Shown here in pieces: positions 12,231 to 25,400 of a DNA stretch of 64,000 bases. The translations under genes were made by a program, and so were the position numbers. Each line of letters starts with the position of its first letter. Within the stretch, counting starts at the first letter, position 1. The DNA is from Lama glama (lineage: Eukaryota): positions 1,924,001-1,988,000 of the forward strand of contig CM052818.1 of NCBI GenBank assembly GCA_028534125.1. Direction: 5' to 3'. The notes beneath the pieces are model-generated. The model was given only the letters and a program-made list of their open reading frames with translations. It was not told the origin of the DNA and did no database searches.

Positions 12231-13279
12231 ATCCTCCCAGGATGGGAGTGGAAATTCCACCGGTCGAGTAGGTGCGCAAGTCTTCTGCCAGGAGGCCGGT
12301 CCCCTTATGCTGGCCTGGTTTCCTCCGACGTCTCGCACGCAGACCTGGAGCGTGCGGAGGAGTTGAGGCTTGGGTGGCTGTGTGAGTGGCCGCACACGCG
12401 TGGCCCATTAACTTCCCCCTTCTCCTCAGGTGTGTTTGCACCTGAAGAGTTGACAGTTGTGTCCTGAGGAAGGGAGGGTTGGCACAACTCTGACTTCCTA
12501 CTTGGTTGGGCTCAGAGCATCTCTTTAGGGCTCTAGCCATGAACACCTGCTGCGGCCAAAGGGTGGGCTGGTCGTCGGAGTGCCAACGACACGCGTGTCA
12601 GTGTCATCCAAACCACACGTTTAAGGCTCTTTGTCCTCTGGCTGTTTTCTTTTACGCTAGTCTGAGTGGTGAGCATGGGCTCATATGTGCCAACCTGAGA
12701 TAGCAGTACCGTGGGAGCCCCCTGGGCCTGCTAATTGTCCTGCAGAGGAGGTGGCCACGTTCATGCTCACTTGGTTTGGAAGAGGACGGGGCTCACCTCC
12801 ACTTTGCTTCTGCCTCTGTGCTGGTTCGGAGCTGCCTGCCCTACGTGGAGCATCTTCCCAGCCCTCAGCTCTGGCCCCTCCTCAGCCCTTCACAAAGGCC
12901 CCCGGGGGTCTTCAGCCCCAAGGTACTGGCCTTGCTGAGCAACCGCAATCTCCCCTGGGAGCCTAGTGGGAACACACACCCCGGGCTCTCCTGGGACTCT
13001 TGGGTCAATTGTCAACCCTTGGTCACGTGCTGGGCCACACCTAGGATTTGGAAAAATGCTCCCTGGATCTCCTTCCTCGCCAAGCTTCATCAGGCACCTA
13101 GAGGCCTTGTGGCTCCACAGATTTTCATAAATCGCCATGGACCTGATCTTTTTTAATTAGGTTCTGTCCTCTTGTCTGCCTACACAGACCTGAATGCATA
13201 AAGGGCTTCTGGGAAATGCTGCTGAGACCGAAGCAGAGGGCATTTGAAGACGGGCAGGTGTGTAGGGAGCTTAGGAACA

Positions 13280-13480
13280 GGGGTTCAGATCCGACCCTGC
13301 CACTTGAGCACGCTATTTGCCTTTGCTGCTTGGTTTCTTCTCCTGTAGAACGGGGATAAGACACGTTCCTCATGGGACGGCGAGAGGAGGGAATGAGTTA
13401 ATGCATGAAGAACATTGAGAACAGTGCCTGGACCGTGGACTGTCAGCTGCGGTAGTAATAATTATTATTTTTATTATTGT
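13280..13480 (+). mobile_element. MIR SINE
   Basis: GGGTTCAGATCC...TTGGTTTCTTCTCCTGTAGAACGGGGATAA...TTGAGAACAGTGCCTGG. Confidence 0.75.
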
Positions 13481-15339
13481 GAAAGTGAGGGAGGAGCTGA
13501 ACTCTGACTTTTCCAAGCCCCATTCTCCGGAACCAGGGCCTCCATGACTCACCCACCTCCAGCAGACAAGCACCTTGCTAAAGCCCCCAGGGCCGTCCTT
13601 GACTCTCATGAGCTGCAGGCTTCCCCTGGCAGGAGGTTCCCCTTAGGTCAGATCTAGCTTGTGTGCCGTGGCCAAGCTGCATCTCTGTGCCTCCCTCCTG
13701 CTTGATGCAGAGAAGGAGGAAGGCCCGGTTTTCCAGGCTACAAGGTACCCCTGTGACCAGAGCCCAAAAGGTGAGGATGATGCCAAGGTGGTCCCAGCCT
13801 GCTAGCCCCAATACCTGCGGTAACAGTTCCTTGGATCCAGCCTTAGAACAAGAGCAGCCACTCGAACACCCAGATGGAGTGCCCATAAAGGCTTTGCGTG
13901 CAAACCCTCACTGTGTCCACCCCTCACCTCCAAGCAGCCTCTGACAGCAAGGGTCACGGAGATGACCCTTCACTGTGGGTCCCTCTGTCACCTACGGCTC
14001 AAGGAATGTATGTTTTCCCAAACGTCAGTTCACCATCAACAAGGCACCACTGCAAAGGGTATTGTGTTTCCTCTGTGCCAACTCCTATCCATACTTCATG
14101 GCTCAGCTCAAAAGTCACCTCCACCAGGAAGCGTTCCCGGACCCCTTCAGTCTCCCTCTCTGAATTCCTCTGGCCCCCGGCAGTAATATGCGGTAGGCCA
14201 AAGGTTTCTTAGGGCCTAGACATCTTCCCAGCCTATTTCACCTTGATGGCTGAAGTCTGTGGCCAGGGTGAAGGGACAGAGCGTCTCAAAATCTCTTCAG
14301 TAGCCAAGATGCAGACCTGCATTCTTGCCCTCAGGGAGGTGGCTTTTCCCCTGCACAAGGCCACACCTGCTTCTGGAGGAAAGGGAAGTCATTGGACCTC
14401 ACTCTGAACTTGCCATGGGCTACTTACAGGACTCAGGTAAGAGCCAGGCAGGACAGGAGAGGACAGGCTGGCCTCCATCAGAGTTGGATTTGGACGTCAA
14501 GTGCCAAGAGGAAGCCATTTGGGAAGCACTGTGTCTCAGTAAAGCCTGCTCTGCTGTGGTGCCCCCCACCCCACCGCCTGGATACTCTTCGGATCTCTCC
14601 ACGCCCCTGCTGCTGTCTCTCAGTCTCCGTGCCACCGGTTCTCTGCTTTCTTTTAAGGCAGCCTATTGAACATTCCCAGACTGATAATTCTCACACATCA
14701 GACAGGTGAGTGTGCAGACCCAGCCTTGGCACAGAGAGCAGTCCACTGCCCCCCTGCCGCCACACCCCATCTAAGGCCACGTCAGCACACTGCAGGGCAA
14801 AGACCGGCCAGCTGACCCCCGGGTACCCATTTTCAGGTGGACACCGGCAAATCCCCGAGCCTGGAATGCCAAGGTGCGGTCGTCCCCCGCTGGGTTCTGC
14901 TGGAGTAAAGCACCCAAGGCTTTGGGGTTATTATTTATTGGTTTCTATCTAGGATGCTCTACATCACAAATAAAACGGAGAGAAACAGCTGCCTTCCAGA
15001 AGAGGGAAGTCAGGGGGTCCAAGACAGAAAACGGTCGTGACCCAGCGTCAGCCTCCCGGTGGCCCAACCCAGCCAGGGTGTCCTCTGACCTCTGCCTCTC
15101 CTGCCACGGCTCTGAGCCGACAAGTAGTTGCAGGGGGTGAAGGAACCACATTAGGTGACCGGGCAGGGTGGCAAGACAGTGGGCAGAAAGGGGCGACCCA
15201 AAGTCAAAGGTCGGGAGAGGTGCATCGGGCTGAGACCGTCGCCGCCAGGGGGACCCATTCCCAGACCTGGGCACCTCGCCGCGCTTCCCGGCTGGACACA
15301 CCTTGCCTCCCTCTGGGGATCTCCTTCCCCGCCCCCCCC

Positions 15340-15660
15340 CGGGGAGTTTCCACACACAATCGTTGGCAGATGTTTATTTTCATCACCATTTTTAAGGTGA
15401 ACGGCATTTGTCACATTCCTTCCTGGCTGGCTTTGATGTGGGGCGATTTCCCACTCCCTAATGACAGGTGAGGAGCCGGCCGGCTGACACCCGGCACCTC
15501 TGGGCGGCCTCGCCAGCCCCGCCAGATCTGGTTCCCACAGCGGCTGCCTGTTTTCAGCCTCTGTTCCCGGGCCCTTAATTAAGATCCTCTGTAATGATGG
15601 CGAGGAACCTCTCCCGCGATTACCTCCCGGCTTTCACAGCTCTCCCAGGCGCTGTCTCCC
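15340..15660. promoter_or_regulatory. Candidate CpG-rich conserved regulatory element
   Basis: CpG-enriched unique sequence with TGTTTATTT, TAATGACAG and TTAATTAA. Confidence 0.4.
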
Positions 15661-15819
15661 CCTCCTCCTCCCGGCTCCCACCCGCTCCTCTCCTGGCCCT
15701 GATGTGAGGAGCCACGGATGTAGCTTTTGCTGAGGGTTTGGGGCGTTCACGTGAGGGTTTGGGGAATGTTTAGACATTCCGGTGATGCTTGAGTGCAACA
15801 TAATAATGACATCGGAGAT

Positions 15820-15930
15820 AGTTTTAATGCCTGTGCCCTAGAGAAACCATAAAACGACAGTGTAGCGCAGAGCTTGGCACACAGACGGGACTCATTACAC
15901 GTGGGTCTGATGAGTGAAATGAATGAAAAG
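15820..15930 (+). mobile_element. L2 3' end
   Basis: AGAGCTTGGCACACAG...GAGTGAAATGAATGAA tail. Confidence 0.6.
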
Positions 15931-16910
15931 ATTAGCGTGTGTGTGAGTTTAGTACAAAACACAGAATCTTGATGTTTGGGGCAGAACACGTCTGGTTTTC
16001 TGACCAGAAGGAGTCTTCGATGCCGGACCGCTCTTCATGAACTCAGTGTTTGGGCTCATCAAGGCTGAGACCTGGGGGTCTGGCCATGAGGCGGGTGCTC
16101 TGGGGCCAAGGCCGCAGAGTGGGGAGAGCACTGGTCCAGGCCGTACCGCCCCCACTTCTGCCTCGGCTCTGCCCTGGCCTCGCTTTTCTGGCCTCCACGT
16201 TCTTGTCTGCAGACTGGGACTCTTAAACCCAACTGTACAGGTAGGTCGTGAAGCAGCGACCAGACCCTGCCTGTGAAGATATCCGGAGAGAACCATTCCA
16301 GATGGAGTCAAGCTGAAGGTGGGCCTTGCCTTCTCCATCTGGAGGAAGAAGGGACTGAGCGTTCCAGGACTGCGGGGCCTTGGCCCAGGCTGCAGCCCCA
16401 TGGACCCCGAATGGGCCTCGGCCAGCTCTCAGCCTTCTCCCTGGGCCAGGGCTCCCATTCCTCCTCCCCCTCAGTGTCCTGCCTCCTCCACCCTCTGCAA
16501 CGCAGGCTTCCTGCCCCACCTTCCCTCGCAGTCCAGCGCTTACCCTGTTCTTTCAGACCCACTGTGGTGCCTGGCCTCGCCCAGACACATCTCATATCTC
16601 CAAGCAGGTTTCTACTTTCTTGAAGGAAGCCCTGGAGTCATAGGATGAGGTCAAAAAGATCTAGGACTCATTCAGGTCAAATCCTCTGAGGTAAAGGCTG
16701 AGAACAGGCTGTCAAGGGTGAAAGGGCAGGTTCAAGGCCATCCGGATAGTCAGCTGCCAAGGTTGGAAGGAACAGCTATCGGTCCCTCGTCCTAAGCCCT
16801 TTCTAGAAGACCCAGTGCGGTGCAGACACGTGGGTGGTGGAGGAGGTGTGTGCGGGTGAGTGAGAATCTGACCCCTCGGCCTCACCGAGGGGTGGATGTG
16901 CACAATTCTC

Positions 16911-17020
16911 TTTTTTTCCATTTTTTTAATTGAAGTATAGTCAGGGTACGATGTTGTGTCAATTTCTGGTGTACAGCACAATGTCTCAGCCAGACATATA
17001 CATACATATATTCCTCTTCA
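16911..17020 (-). mobile_element. Short 5'-truncated lineage-specific L1 3' end
   Basis: Poly(T) then AATTGAAGTATAGTCAG...ATGTTGTGTCAATTTCTGGTGTACAGCA, similar to the L1 ends at 37.5 and 47.9 kb. Confidence 0.75.
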
Positions 17021-17094
17021 TCCCGCCCAGTTCTGCCTGAGTCCTGCGGTGTCCCGGGCTCCGTCCCTGGTGTAGGCACTCTCATTTCCCCTCC

Positions 17095-17140
17095 CTCTCT
17101 CTGAGCCTCAGTTTCCCCATCTGTCAAATGAAGGGTTACG
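17095..17140 (+). mobile_element. MIR core fragment
   Basis: CTCTCTGAGCCTCAGTTTCCCCATCTGTCAAATG. Confidence 0.7.
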
Positions 17141-19629
17141 ATCGGAAGACTGTTGCACTGCCTCCGGCTGGGTCATTCCCTGGCACCAGGAAGAGAAACA
17201 GGTGATGCGGAAGCCCCGCCCCTTGCCTGGTGTCTCCCTCTCACACACCTGCCCACTCTGTGTCCGGCTGTCCTTCGGCGAGGCTAACCTGTCCCGAGAG
17301 GTGGCTGGCTTTGGAGGCGGGGCGGGCGTGGTGAGTCACCGGCTGGGAGCCTGGGATTTTGAGCTCTGTTCCCCACCTGGACGCCCACTTGTAGCACAGC
17401 TGTGAGAACACCCTGGAGTGGTTTCTGAGCCTGCTTCTTCGCAAACTTGAGACAACAGTTAGCCTCCAGCCACCCACCTCCTCCTGCTCGTGGTCAGGGT
17501 GCAGATCTAAGGAGATCTCCTGCCCTGTCAGTGAGGGGTTATTATGACTAACCCCAAAGAGCCAGCGAGGGGGTGAGAAGGTGGAGAGAGTGCAGTCAGG
17601 CCAGAGCCCAGAGGACAGAGGAGGCTGGACGGTGCAGCTGAGAGGGGGCGGCTGAGCCTCCACGGGCCACTCTGCCCAAGGGGCTGGCGGTCGAGAAGAG
17701 CTCCATCAGAGCCAGGAAGCAGAAAGGCGGCCTTGGGAGCACCTGGGGACTTCTTAGGGGTCTAGATACACCACTCTTTGGCCACTGAATATGCTCAATA
17801 TTTGTGAATTTGATAGGATGTTTTAATCCGTGTCGAGAAAAATTTCCTGAAGGTCTCAGAAGGACCACCAACCTATTTCTCTGACCTGGCCACAGAGCAG
17901 AGGACTTGGTTTTGGGGAGCTGAGGTCCTGAGGGGTGTGGGGTGGGGCTGGTGGGCCGGGAGCCCGCCCTGCAATTCAGGTCCTCCGAGTGCTCTTCACC
18001 CAGGGCGTGTGTTTTATTTGCCCGGTGCCTTCCTTCCCAGGAACTCAGAGGAGGGGCAGTTTGTTATTTGGGGAACTTTCAACATGCAGGGGAGGCACTG
18101 GGATCCTTATCAGGGGTGGGGCACAAGCCTGGGGAGGGGCCACCCTGTCTCCGCTCCAACTCCCCGCAACCCGCAGTCTAGATTTTCTGGGACAGCTGGA
18201 TTTCAGCATTTGGGCCCAGGAGACAGCCGGCCCTGCTACCTAATCATTGCCGGAAAGAAAGCCCTCAGATCAAATACCTTATCAGCAAAATCATTATTTT
18301 GAGTGCCTTCCCTCGGCTCTTAACGCCAGTGAATCATCCCACACAGGTCTCCTCGAAGCTACCCCGGGTTGCACTTCACGAATGGTTTATCTTGGAAGGT
18401 TTAGCAGGAAGGAGGCTGCTCTAAGCTGGGCAACCGGGAGACTTCACTAACACTTAAAACAAAGCGGGTGACGTTTGGCCGGCTCTGCTTTCGCATATTC
18501 CCAGGCTCAAGTCCCTTGCAACATATTTCACTGGGTCCATCGTTCTGTTCCGGGAAGAACCTTGGGGCTAGTTAGGCCGCTCTGATTTTCACAAAAGGAC
18601 GTCCAACTTTCCCCCGGTTTGACATCTGGTGGGTCACTGGTTGTCATGCAAAACCTTATCACCTGGAAGAGCTTCAGTTGAAGGCTCCAGGCCCGAGAAC
18701 TTACAGTTCCCTGTTGTCTGTCTGCCTGAACCCGGCCCGGAGACACGCTCCTTCGAAAGCATTACTTTAGGGATCTGCAGACAACATCTTCCGTCATTTG
18801 CTCTGACTTCCACCCCTGGACAAAGTCAGATCATCAGCACTCATGTAACTGGCTGAGCCTTACATCCTTAGCCCCTCAACCAGCCGCGTTTCCCGTTAGG
18901 TAGACTCCCCTATGCCCGCTGTACAAACGTAGGAGACAGCTCGCTGCTGCGTCTGCTGCAAAGTCTCCTCTGAGCGCTTCGCCCATTGTCTTGTCCATTG
19001 TCCTCTTTGTGTCTGTGGTTTTTTTTTGGGGGGGTGGAGGGGCGGTGAAGGAGACATTTCTGTCTGTTCTCTGGGACATCAGGAATGCTGCTCTTCCTCC
19101 TAGGCAAGCAGTTTGCTTTCATCTTGCGGATCCTGGGAATTGCACAGCTGATCATGTTTCATCTTGGCACTGGCTGTTAGAAGTTTTAGAGCCAAATTTG
19201 TGGCCCACCCCTAGCAAATGGATCAAAGTTTATGGTATGTTTATTTTGTATTAGTCCCATCCTTGGCTCCGTTTTATGGCTTTACCCTGGGTTTTTCATT
19301 TTGTTCTTTCTCACCTGCTTCTAATTTATGTCATCTTGCTGAATTTTATGCATCTTTGTAAGCTTCCTTAAGTCCTTTTGTGAAACAAAGAGGTGTATAC
19401 ACAAACAGACGAACAAGTGAGTATTCCCCATCACTAGACAACATATCAGAATTTTTGATTTGGGAAATCAGGCCCATAAAGCTCCCGCTGTCCCCAGGGC
19501 CACCATTCTCCTACAAGGCCAGCCCAACAGATCGGCTGAACAGAGCTCAGAATCTACTCTCCAAAGGGTGGGGAGACAAGAGTGAAAAAGAAAAAAACAA
19601 CGACACGGACACCAAGTCAGGTGATGCTA

Positions 19630-20140
19630 AGGGCTGTGATGCAAATGAAGCAGGGTAGGGGGACTGGGGCACAGACAGCCCGGCCAGGGGCGATCTCGCT
19701 GAGAGGGGATATTTGAGCCGAGCCCAAGGAGCAGAGGGAGGTAATCACAGTGTCCACGGTGGAAGAGCATTCCAGGCCGAGGCACTGGCTAGCGCAGAGC
19801 TTGGTGGCCAGCTGAGAAGTCAGAGGGACGCAAGAAGGTTGGCGTGCTTGGAGCTGACCAATGAGGAGGACAGTGACAGGAGACGGGGAGCAGGGCCTTG
19901 ATCCTAGTGGTCCTCCTAGGCCACAGTAGAGATTCAAGGTTCTTCTGAGAGGAGAAGCCTTCAATGGGTCTGGGCAGCAGTGTGACATGATCTGACTTAA
20001 GTTTCAGCATAATCACCGTGCCAATCAGGGCAGGGATGAAGAGGGGAAGAGTTAGGAGGATACTGTGGTCCAGACAAGCACAGATGAGGGTTTGAACTAC
20101 AGCAGGGATAGAAGCGGGAAAAGATGGTTAATTATGGATC
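19630..20140 (-). mobile_element. L2 LINE fragment
   Basis: GGAAGAGCATTCCAGGC and GTGACATGATCTGACTTAAGTTT are antisense L2 motifs. Confidence 0.7.
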
Positions 20141-20427
20141 TCTCTCCACACTGCATCACCAAACTAGAAGTCTGCTTTGTGTATTCTTGAGTCTACAGGT
20201 CCTCGTCCTTTTCAAACCTCAGGAGTGTGAGCTGGCTGCTGCTCCCAGGCCCTCGAAGGCTGTTAACAACTCCTCTACCTGACGGAGCCCTCCAGGGCCC
20301 TTGCTTCTTTCGCTTCCCTGTCCCACCTCTCCTGTGTCTCCTCCCACCTGCCACAGGCTTCTCTTGTACCACCCACCCCTTTCAGTTCAATACTTTAGGA
20401 CATTTCATCTTTGACCTTCTCACCCTC

Positions 20428-20600
20428 AAAAGCTGCTACATAATTTGCAGGGCCCCATGCAAAATGAAAAGGTGGGGCGCCTTAGTTTAAAAATTAAGAA
20501 ATCCAAGATGGCAACAGTAGCGCATTAAATCAAGCATGCGGCCCTTCTGGGCACAGGGCCCCGTATGGTCACACTTTGCTCGCTCTCCATGTTCCCAGGA
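20428..20600. mobile_element. MER45A-like hAT DNA transposon
   Basis: GCTACATAATTTGCAGGGCCCCATGCAAAATGAAAA...CAAGATGGCAACAG...CATTAAATCAAGC. Confidence 0.75.
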
Positions 20601-20609
20601 CAGGCCCAC

Positions 20610-21320
20610 CCATGCTGTCACTAACTACCACACACACTATAACTCCCAGACACATCTCCTTTCTTGAGCCCCAGACCCAACTGTTGGCCCAACCTATTGA
20701 CATCAACACTTTGTCACTTTGCAGGCAACTTAAAGGCAAAAAAGTTCCAGGATGAACTCATTATCTTCCCCTCAAACCTGCTTCTCCTCCTGTATTCTCT
20801 ATCTTGATGAATAGAAACATAATCCTCTGAGTTGCCCAAACCAGAACTCTCTGAGTCATCCCTGACTCTACCCTCTGCCTTACCCCCCGCATTCAATAGG
20901 TTTCCAGGTTCCAGTGATTATAGCTCCCTGTTTATTGTCTCTGGGATCCATCTCGTCCTGTCAGTGTCCAGGGCCACTGCCCTAGATCAGGTGCTCAGCA
21001 GCTCCTGCTTCCTCCCGTCTCTTGATTCTTAGCATCCATCTACCCTCCTCCACCCTGACAACACAGTGATGTTTCTAAACACAAAACCCAATTACCTCAT
21101 CCCATTTCTACAGCTCCCAGAGTCTGCAGAACAAAGTTCAAACTGCTTGGCCTTGTATGCCAGCCCTTCAGGGTCTGGCTTCTGCCAACCAGCATCTCCC
21201 GACTCTGACCCAGGCCACACCCCTCCAACCTGCCAGTGATGCCAATGGCCCATCCATTCCTGTCTCCCTGCTGATGGGCCGTGTACTTTCATACTGCGCA
21301 CTTTTGCACATCCTAGTCTC
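20610..21320 (+). mobile_element. L2 LINE fragment
   Basis: AACTCATTATCTTCCCCTCAAACCTGCTTCTCCTCCTGTATTC and related C-rich L2 motifs. Confidence 0.7.
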
Positions 21321-22499
21321 CCAGCCAGGTGCCCACCCCCAGCTCCCTCTGACTGCTGTACTTCTTCTGGACTGTCATGATGCAGTTCCAGGATGGCATC
21401 TCTAACTTCCCAAGGATGCACTGAAATGACCAATGAGAACAAGAGCTAAAAAAAGGTCCATAGCAGCACTGATAAACAGGGGAGACTGCTATGAAAAGAG
21501 AAAGTGTTTGCAGGACTTTCTGGAAGAAAAGAAGCAGATAGAGGAAGGTTGAAGGGACAGCTGATCAGCACGTGGGTGAGCATGCACTACAGGTAAGGAG
21601 GATGCCCCTGAAAGTGAGGATTGGGACCTTCCCTGCAAAACTTCAAAGGACCCAATGCTTGCAGCAATAGGATCAGCTAACAGGGTGAGTGGTGGGACAG
21701 TCTCAGTTGGTAAATTGAAAGGACATGACTGGAAACTGACCAATTCCCCATGGGGAGAGCGGTGGGCTCATTTTATGTGTGTCCCTTACCAACTCTCAAT
21801 GTGGACTGAAGAATGAAGTGCGTATGGCAGGGTTAGGATTAGGGTTAGGGTTAGCTAGAAAGCTAACTCTGAACAGTACCATAAATATGGAGAATTGAAA
21901 GGAATCCTGAGGATGGTGGAATCCTCTAAGGCCATCGGCACCCACAGTGGCAACTCCTTTCCTTCTTCCTGTTGACGTCAACGGCTTTGTTAAAGACACG
22001 GTGAACTGAAGGTCTCCCAGTAGGAGGCCAGGAAGCAAACTGAGAGTTTTCCGGGGCTAACCAGAGCACTTCACCTTAGCTTTTGGGCAAGGCACTCTCC
22101 AGCCCCCTGGACTACCACTGGGAACAGGCAACACTTGAGGATGAGAGGCTGGAACCCTTATAGCCATGAGCATTTCACTGAGACCTCTGGCTTGCTGCTC
22201 TGTTCTCAGCCCACCCAACTGGAAAGGGAGCCCCAACTAGTGTGGTCCAAGTCAGTCCCCACCCCAGGCTGACTCCACCCCTGTTGCCTGGCAACCATCA
22301 CTCACCTACCTTCTCTAGGGGAAATGATGGTGACTGGAAAATTTATACCAGCCCAACCGAGGTTCAGAGGTGAGAGACAAAGAAAGGCATTTCTGGAACA
22401 CAGACGTCAAAACACCTGCATGCCCTTTCTGAAAGGGCTGGGCGGAGCGGTTGAGGAGAAACAAAACCGAAAATGAATCAGAGAAAAATAAATCCAGGT

Positions 22500-25400
22500 A
22501 AAGGGAAGATCCAGGATATGAGAAGCAGTTTAATCCAAATAAACGTGTTAGTAATGGGATTTGGAAATTTAATGCAAGTATAATGAAAGGATTATGCAAA
22601 AAAGAAAAATATAAATGTAAAAATCTGGAAAGTAGAGAGATAGGAAAGGCATCAGAAAAGCATATTTAAATTTTCATTTTGCTTTTTGAGATAGTGTGTA
22701 TTTATTGATGTGAGTATTTTATTCAGATATTTTTGTCAACATTTAGAGATAATGAGTGGTGGGACAGAAATAGGTTGTAGGACTTTGAAACTACTGCAGA
22801 ATAAAAATAATCAAAAAAAATGTATTACGGAAAATAGGAAATATTAGTAAGTATAAACCAGAAGATAGAATGTCAAGAATGTGATAAACGTAAAAATGAC
22901 AATAAGTGTAACTAACTTAAAGTCTCTATTTAAAGAAAAAAAATCACAGATTGGCTGTAAAAGCCAAATCCAGTATTTTGCTGTCTATAAGATAAATATG
23001 TAAACCAAACTGATACAAGATGTGGAAAATAATGATATAAACAAAGATATATTGGGAAATGCATGTGCACCAGAGAAAGGGAGAGAGAGAGAGAGAGAAA
23101 GGGAGATTAGGAAGAGAAATAGAAGCAGGGATGGCAATGTCAGTATCAGAGTAAATAAAATTCAAAGCAAAAAATTAGATTGGAAAAAATGGAATAATAC
23201 ATATTTAGAAATGAGTAATTTATATTTATAATAAATGAAAATACTCAATATTGATGAAAGTTTACAGATCGAAAGCTAAGTACAGAAAGATATAAAATGC
23301 TAGAAATGAAAGAACTTAATGACACCACAACCACAGTGGGAGATCCTAGTACATCTCTGTCAGAATTGGACAGACACTCAAAAGGATTTTGATAACACAA
23401 TTATTAAATTTGATTTAATGTATGTAATAGAACTTTTACTCAATACACCAAAAAACATCCTTTCAAATACCTGTGAATCATTTACAAAAAATAACCATGT
23501 ACAAGTCTATTAAAAAATTCTCAATAAATCTCTAAAACTGACCACAGTGCAATAAGGCTAGGAATAATAAACAAAACTAAAAAGTTTTCTAAAAATGGCA
23601 TCACTTCGAAATAACTTAAAATGTTATTTTCTATCTAAAAATTAATTACAAAGAAATCAATACATCAAAACTTGTGAGGTGAAGCCAAAGCTGCACTCAG
23701 AGTAGAATTCATTGTCTTAATTATTTTATTAAAAATAAAAGGGACTGGCTGAGAGTTTTGTTTCAGAAACTAGAAAAGAAACATCAAAAGAATGTAGGAG
23801 GAAGAAATCGATGCATTAGAAACAAACAAACAAACAAAAGCAACAAATACAGAAAGCCAAAACAAAGCTCTATTGATTTACCCTGTCAGTAAATACTTAT
23901 TGTGTGCTGAATTCGTGCCAGGTACTGCACAAAGCCAATGGGGATCCTGAGATGAACACAGCAGATGGGGTCGCTGTTCCTGTAGAGTTTCTTTGAAAGG
24001 ATTTATAAAGCAGAAAAATCTTTTTCAAGACTGGCAAGAAAAAAGGAAAGAAAAGAGTGAAAAAGAATACAAATACACAACTTGTAAATAAGAAAGTGCA
24101 TAACATTACATATATGGAGGAAAAGTTTTTAAAAATTAGTGTCATGTGTAGATTTATGTCTATAAAACTGAAATTCTAGGGCACTTTTCATGATAAATAT
24201 AAATAGCAAAATTGGTTCAAGTGAAGACAGAAGACCTAAAAAGATCAATAAACACAGAACAAAGTGTAAATGTAATAAAATATGTAACCTCAGGCCAGAT
24301 GGTTTTACAAGTGAGTTCTAACAGATCTCCAATGGGCATATATTTCTCATCTATACTTAGAGATAAAGCTCTTCCAGAATAATTTTATGAGACTCATTTA
24401 AACCTAATATTAAATCTAACAAAAGATAAAATCTAACAGAGATAGCATGAAAATAATGACAAATTTATGGAAATGTAACAATCTTAAATAAATCATAAGA
24501 AATTTCTTATGATTTAAGAATCATAACTTTAAGAAAATTAAAATATAACTTTAAAAAAATAAAAATACCAAGCTTAAGCATTCCAGAAATTCAAGGCGAT
24601 TCAATATTAGACAATTCATTAATTTGTGTTAGTAGAGTAAAGAAAAAATTATGATGATCTCAATGGATGCCAGAATTTAAATTCTGGCCTTGATGAAAAC
24701 TCCTAGTAAGCCACATGGGCTTCTTAAATACCAAAAATAACCTGTTCGTAAATAAAATGTAAAAAAAAAAGTCATTCAAAGAACATACTTAACTCCAAAA
24801 TAACTAGTAACAAATTTAACAAGGAATGTATGTGAAAATACATTTCTTGTATTTCTTCGGGTAATTGTAGAGAACTCTCTAGTTCACTTCTAATGTTTTC
24901 TTTTTCAGGCTCTACATCTCCAGTTCCTTTCTTTAAAATGTATAATTTAAAAAAAGACATAGAAGAATATTTGAATTAATAAATGGAGAGACATAGTATG
25001 TTCACGGATGGGTAGATTTCATTGTGTAAAAATGTCAGTTCTTCCCAAATTGCTCTGTTAATTTAATTTAATTCCAATAAAAAGCCCAATGGATTTAACA
25101 TTTGAACATGGTAAATCAATTATAATTTTGTAAAAGAAGAATAATAAAAGGGACTTTGTTTTATGAGCTATCAAAATACCATAAAGTACAGTAATGAAAA
25201 TTGTATGACAGAGATACAGAAAAAGAAAACTTAATTAATAGAAGTGAATAGTGAATGTAAAAATAGATGGATATACATACATATATAACAAGAACTAAGT
25301 ATGTAAAATGTGCAAAAAGGTTGTAATCATATTAATAGGGAAAGAATTTTTAAATAGAGTCAGAATTTGTAGATATCCATTTGGAAAAAAAATGGTATCT

